Positions 59,536-64,000 of a DNA stretch of 64,000 nt are shown in pieces. The notes under the pieces are model-generated. The model worked only from the letters and a program-made list of their open reading frames with translations, was not told the origin of the DNA and made no database searches. Position numbers and translations under genes: made by a program. Positions within the stretch are counted from its first letter, which is position 1. The number at the start of each line of letters is the position of its first letter. The DNA lies in NCBI GenBank assembly GCA_054600435.1, contig BAAIJX010000014.1, positions 186,001 through 250,000 on the forward strand. Reading direction: 5' to 3'. The stretch comes from Neophaeotheca triangularis. Its lineage: Eukaryota.

Positions 59536-60072
59536 ATGGCCGAACCCCGCGCCCGTCCCCGCCAAACCAACACCCGCACCTTCTCCGACGAATCCCTCAT
59601 CGGGCTCCTCGTCGCCAACGGAGCCAACGAGCCCCACCTCCCCGAGACCCTGCGGGTTTTCGACGAGATCCTCACCGACTTCATCATCGAAGTCTGCCAC
59701 CAGGCAGCCCTATGCGCCTCGTACTCGCGTCGCCAAAAAATCAAAGCCGACGATTTCAAATTCGCCGTACGCAAGGATCCAGAACTCTTGGGGCGCGTGC
59801 TGGAGCAGCTGGCGCGTGACAAGGGTTTGAAGGAGGAGCGCAAGATGATGGATGTGGATAATCTTGCTGGTGGCGGGGCTGGAGGGGTTGAGGGGTTGGG
59901 TCAGTTTGTTGGTGAGGATGGGAAGGCTGGGAAGGGCAAGGGGGTGGGGAAGAAGAGGAAGGGGGTGCCGGTGGAGGATGAGGAGTGGGAGGATTACGAG
60001 GGAGAGGACGGCGATGGCGGCGCCGAGCAGGGCACGCCTAAGAAGAAGGTCAAGGGCCCAGCGCCTGCTTAG
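59536..60072 (+). CDS. TAF13: TFIID subunit Taf13 (histone-fold, TFIID-18kDa family)
   Basis: MAEPRAR...PETLRVFDEILTDFIIEVCH.A...RRQKIKADDFKFAVRKDPELLGRV. Confidence 0.88.
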   Translation: MAEPRARPRQTNTRTFSDESLIGLLVANGANEPHLPETLRVFDEILTDFIIEVCHQAALCASYSRRQKIKADDFKFAVRKDPELLGRVLEQLARDKGLKEERKMMDVDNLAGGGAGGVEGLGQFVGEDGKAGKGKGVGKKRKGVPVEDEEWEDYEGEDGDGGAEQGTPKKKVKGPAPA

Positions 60073-60579
60073 GTGCTTTGGCGCTGAGATGCTTTTCTGC
60101 TGCGGCTGCTCTTCTATGTCGCTCGATCACTCGGCGCTTTGTGGGACGATTTGCGTTACGCAGACGAGGCTGGATTTGCAATTACTTGAAGCGATGGTGT
60201 CACGGATGGGTCTGCGGATAGGCGATGGCAGCACAATACCCTTTCCGCACGGGCTGCCAATGGCGTTTTAGGGGAAATTATGCGGGTGCACAATGGGAAA
60301 GAACAAAGCACCTCTGCTAGGTGCCATTACTCTAGTGTCTAGCTACCTAAAGTAGCAGCCAAATGCAAGTGCTAGTACCATGCTCACACCACTTGCGCCT
60401 GTGCTGTGTGAACTTTTTTGTCGACGGTGTGTGCACTCTATAAGCGTGCAGCTACCTTACCCCGTCTCGAAAAGTTGTCGCTGCTCAACCCCTTTTGATG
60501 TTAAACTCGTCGAAACGCGCTATCTCTCGCTGCTCAGGATCGAGAATCTGGACCCTCGAGCAGCTAGATTTCCCCTCCC

Positions 60580-61717
60580 TTACTGCTCCTCCCGCCGCCC
60601 CTCGCGGTCGGCGTTTGATCGGTCCCCGCGGCCACCACGGCCTCCGCCCCGTCCGCCACGCTGTCCTCCGCCCTCGCGCTTGTTGCCGCCCTCCTTGCCT
60701 CCGCCCTCCTTGTTCTCCGAGCCCTCGCCCATGGTCAGCGCGGCCGTCGAGAGTCTGTGGGAAAGATCCATCTGCGTCCTAATGGTGTTGGCGAGGTAGC
60801 TGACGAGCAGGACATCCTGGATGTGGTTGTTGCTAGAGCAGCAAATGTTAGCCTAATCCCCTTCTTTTTCGTGTGTACAACCTGGGTAAAACGTACAAGT
60901 CCTTCTCAATCTCCTCGGCGTCCACCTTTGGCGCCAGACTCAATGTGTTCATCAAGAACTGCCCCAACGCACTGCTCGGCTCGGCCTCCTCGTCTAGCAC
61001 ATTGCTGACGTAGTTGCTCACGCGCTCCAACATCTCCAGGACCTGCTCAATCGCCCTCTCCAGAGTCTCGATATCCGTCTGCATCAACTGACTCCTGTCG
61101 TCCCGATCCCTCGCACCCGCAATCAGCTCCAACCCACTCTTCTCCGCCTCTCCGTATTTGATCTCATGCGGCACAGGAATGAACAAGCACGAGTCCGCCG
61201 CCCGGTCAGCGGTAACCCCTATCGGCGCGGAGACATAGGTATGCGCCGCGACATCCTGGCCCGCAACGGTGGAGATGGTAAGGTGGACGGCGGGGTGGGG
61301 GAAAGTGCCCTCGCCCTGCTGCGAGTAGAAGTTCTGGATGAGAGCGGAGAAGGTGTTGAGCTGATCGCTGGTCGCGTACCAGCCCACGAGCACCTCTTTG
61401 CGCTCCGCCCGCGAGTGCAGCGCGTACATGGCTTTCTGGTAGTCCATGTCGACTTCGACCTGCTCGGCGGTTTCCGTGTGGGGGACGGCGTAGCAGTTGC
61501 GGATCTCGACTTCGGTGCCGTCGTCGCTGCGGGTGCCGAGAAGGGTGCCGATGACACGCTCTTGGTCCGCCGGGCGGCGCGAGGCGTGGTCCAGGATGCT
61601 GAAGAGGGCTTGCGGTTGGATTGTTACGGAGACTGGGGCGGTGGTGTTGGAGGAGGGGTTGGCGACGGCGGCGGGGGCGAGCGGCCGCGCGAGGTGGAGG
61701 AAGTTTTGCGGCGCCAT
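60580..61717 (-). CDS. eIF3f: Translation initiation factor eIF3 subunit F (MPN domain), 2 exons
   Basis: [34 protein letters not shown]. Intron 60896-60833 gives [29 protein letters not shown], followed by an RGG-rich tail. Confidence 0.92.
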
Positions 61718-61964
61718 GTTGGGTGGTTAGGATCTCCCGGTTTGAGGTTTGGCGGCGCGGTGAGGGGGTGGGGGTGGTTGCCGGTGAAGTTGAAGGTAGG
61801 TTGTTTTTGTGAGAGGTCGGTTTGGGATGCCAAGATTGAATGTCCAGCGAGATTCGAAATTCTTAGGTGGGGCTGAGAAGGAGTGAAGGTTTGCCGAGCG
61901 GGCCTTATGCATGTGAAAAGAGCCTCTATTCAACTTTATTTGGTCATCTTGTCTTCATATCAAA

Positions 61965-64000
61965 ATGGCATTTCGAGGTAGAGGCAACTCTCGAGGAAGA
62001 GGTAGAGGTCGGGGAGCTGCGAGAAGTGGTATCAGGACAAGAGGTGGCTTCAGAAAGACTTTTGACAGTCAGCGCATCAAGGATGTCGAGTCGGACAGTG
62101 AAGATGCGGGTGCCGAGCAACCAGAACAGGAACTGTCTGAAGAAAGCGAAGAATTGAGTAGCGAAGAGGAAGAAGCGGATGAGGGTACATCGGGCGCACG
62201 TTCCTACAATGCGCTCCTGCAGTCTTTTCAGCAGTCAAACACACAGGACCGACGCCAACGCAAAAGGCGCAAACTGGATGTTCCAGATCGCGCAGCTTCT
62301 CCAGAATCACAAAGCGAGGCGGAGGGCGAACTTGGTGCCGTGGAAGGCGAAGACGAGAGCATCCCACATGATGTTGAGGATGAGGAAGAAGTAGAAGAGC
62401 TTCCACACGATGTTGCCATAGGCCAGGAGGATGAGGAGGGTGCCTCTGATCCCTACGAAATCCATTTTGCGCCCAAGGACGACAATGAGCTTGCCCGACG
62501 TCTAAAAGCAGCCACAAACAACCACTGGCGACAAGAGAAGCAGATTGCAGGCGAAAGTACAGTTGCAGTTGCAGTGCCCGAGCCAGCTTCTGGCGCCATA
62601 ACTAGAAAGTTAATGTACCGCAAGGCCAACGACTTTTCTTTGAAACAGAAATTGATCGATCCAGCAAAGAAGCACGTCGGCTCATTCAACAATATCCAGC
62701 AAGCTCTCGCACCTTATGCGGCTAACTACGCGGACGTTCTGGTTGCCAACCGCACGCCTCAGAATGCGGGCTCATTGCGCAGCTTAGCCTGTTTGCATGC
62801 ACTGAACCATATCCTAAAAGGCCGCGACAAGGTTTTGAAGAACACCGCTCGCCTAGCGCGAGCTCCCGATGACGAGGACCTCGAGCTCCGAGACCAGGGC
62901 TTCACTCGTCCTAAAGTGCTCCTCTTGACCGAGACTAGGCAGATGGCGTCGAAGTACGCGGAAGAAATCGTTGCTCTCTTCAGTCCAGAGCAACAAGAGA
63001 ACAAGCAGCGTTTCAAAGATTCGTTCAGCGCACCCACTGACGACAGGGACACGATGCCGGAGGATTACCTAGAATTGTTCGACGGCAACAACGATAACTC
63101 ATTCATGACAGGGTTGAAGTTCACAAGAAAGACTTTGAAATACTTCTCAGCCTTCTACACCTCGGACATCATCGTAGCATCGCCACTTGGCTTGCGCCGG
63201 ATTCTCGAACATGAAGACGTCAGAAAGCGAGACCATGATTTCTTATCATCCATCGAGCTATGCATTGTCGACCAAGCAGACGCAATGCAAATGCAAAACT
63301 GGGAAAACGTCGAAGTTGTTTTCAAACACCTCAACCTCCAACCGAAAGACGCTCATGGCGCAGATTTCAGCCGCATCCGCCATTTCTACTTAAACGACCA
63401 AGCCCGCCATTTCCGCCAAACCCTCATTTTCAGCGCCTACACAACGCCAGAAATCACACACCTCTTCAACAACCTCCAAAACCACTCGGGCCGCGCCCGC
63501 ATCACCCCTTCCAGCACCCCAGGCGCCCTAACAAGCACCTCCCAACTCTCACTCAACCTCAAGCAAACCCTAACCCGCTTCCCCTCACCCTCCCCCTCCA
63601 CCGACCCGGACAGCAGATTCAAATACTTCACCACAGCCATCCTACCGACCCTGCTCCGCCTCCCCAAACCCGCCGACAACGCCCCGGGGATCCTCCTCTT
63701 CATCCCCTCCTACTTCGACTTCCTGCGCCTGCGGAACTTCTTCGCAACTTCCCCAACAACCTCGCACGTCTCCTTCGGAACCATCCACGACTACACTTCC
63801 GTCCCCGACCAGCGCCGCGCCCGCAGCCACTTCCTCAGCGGCCGCCATAGCTTCCTGCTGTACACGCAGCGCGCGCATCACTTCTTCCGTCTGAAGCTTA
63901 GGGGCGTCAAGAGGGTTGTGTGTTATGCGTTACCGGATAATCCTGTTTTTTATGAGGAGCTGGTTGGTGGGTTTTTGGGGACTAGTCTTAGTGAGGGCAG
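61965..64000 (+). CDS. UTP25: U3 snoRNA-associated protein Utp25 (Def/DUF1253), runs off the window end
   Basis: ATG at 61965 gives MAFRGRGNSRGRGRG; the frame stays open through HALNHI.K.RDKVLKN, ELRDQGFTRPKVL, FYTSDIIVASPLGLR, DFLSSIE..VDQAD..MQNWE, LFIPSYFDF. Confidence 0.9.
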   Translation, partial: MAFRGRGNSRGRGRGRGAARSGIRTRGGFRKTFDSQRIKDVESDSEDAGAEQPEQELSEESEELSSEEEEADEGTSGARSYNALLQSFQQSNTQDRRQRKRRKLDVPDRAASPESQSEAEGELGAVEGEDESIPHDVEDEEEVEELPHDVAIGQEDEEGASDPYEIHFAPKDDNELARRLKAATNNHWRQEKQIAGESTVAVAVPEPASGAITRKLMYRKANDFSLKQKLIDPAKKHVGSFNNIQQALAPYAANYADVLVANRTPQNAGSLRSLACLHALNHILKGRDKVLKNTARLARAPDDEDLELRDQGFTRPKVLLLTETRQMASKYAEEIVALFSPEQQENKQRFKDSFSAPTDDRDTMPEDYLELFDGNNDNSFMTGLKFTRKTLKYFSAFYTSDIIVASPLGLRRILEHEDVRKRDHDFLSSIELCIVDQADAMQMQNWENVEVVFKHLNLQPKDAHGADFSRIRHFYLNDQARHFRQTLIFSAYTTPEITHLFNNLQNHSGRARITPSSTPGALTSTSQLSLNLKQTLTRFPSPSPSTDPDSRFKYFTTAILPTLLRLPKPADNAPGILLFIPSYFDFLRLRNFFATSPTTSHVSFGTIHDYTSVPDQRRARSHFLSGRHSFLLYTQRAHHFFRLKLRGVKRVVCYALPDNPVFYEELVGGFLGTSLSEG

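Noticed and set aside
1..64000. CRISPR arrays, rRNA, tRNA, intact transposons
   Set aside because: No repeat-spacer arrays, RNA gene structures, RT/transposase ORFs, LTRs or TIRs were seen by eye.

Overview
Gene-dense, intron-containing filamentous ascomycete DNA. It is most consistent with a Dothideomycete, which is an inference from gene content and intron style. About 25 genes can be reconstructed. Housekeeping blocks contain SKI8/rec14, septin CDC10 divergent from MRPL32, crzA/CRZ1, AXL2, nuc-2/PHO81, a GH115 glucuronidase, MTR4, BMT5, a BCAA aminotransferase, a 4-exon KSH1 missed by the ORF track, TAF13, eIF3f and a 3'-truncated UTP25. These blocks surround a compositionally different island of about 12.3 kb (38.6-51.0 kb). 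The island encodes an intronless bacterial-type 2-oxo-acid hydratase (MhpD/HpcG family), an SSADH-like aldehyde dehydrogenase ending -SRL and a flavin amine oxidase ending -AKL, both peroxisomal PTS1 signals. It also encodes a GPR1/FUN34/YaaH transporter with a divergent signature motif, an internally deleted Mtr-type amino-acid permease relic, an uncharacterised Fe(II)/2OG oxygenase and a Zn2Cys6 regulator, and two of its promoters share CGG-based motifs. This is the best candidate for an undescribed system: a self-regulated, partly peroxisomal amine/amino-acid catabolic gene cluster. Other notable points are a thioredoxin-fold gene lacking WCGPC, a start codon split by an intron, GC-AG introns, an open frame continuing past a stop codon, a cluster of CDRE-like sites upstream of crzA, and repeated C-rich to G-rich skew switches. 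All family calls are from motif recognition by eye; no database searches were run.
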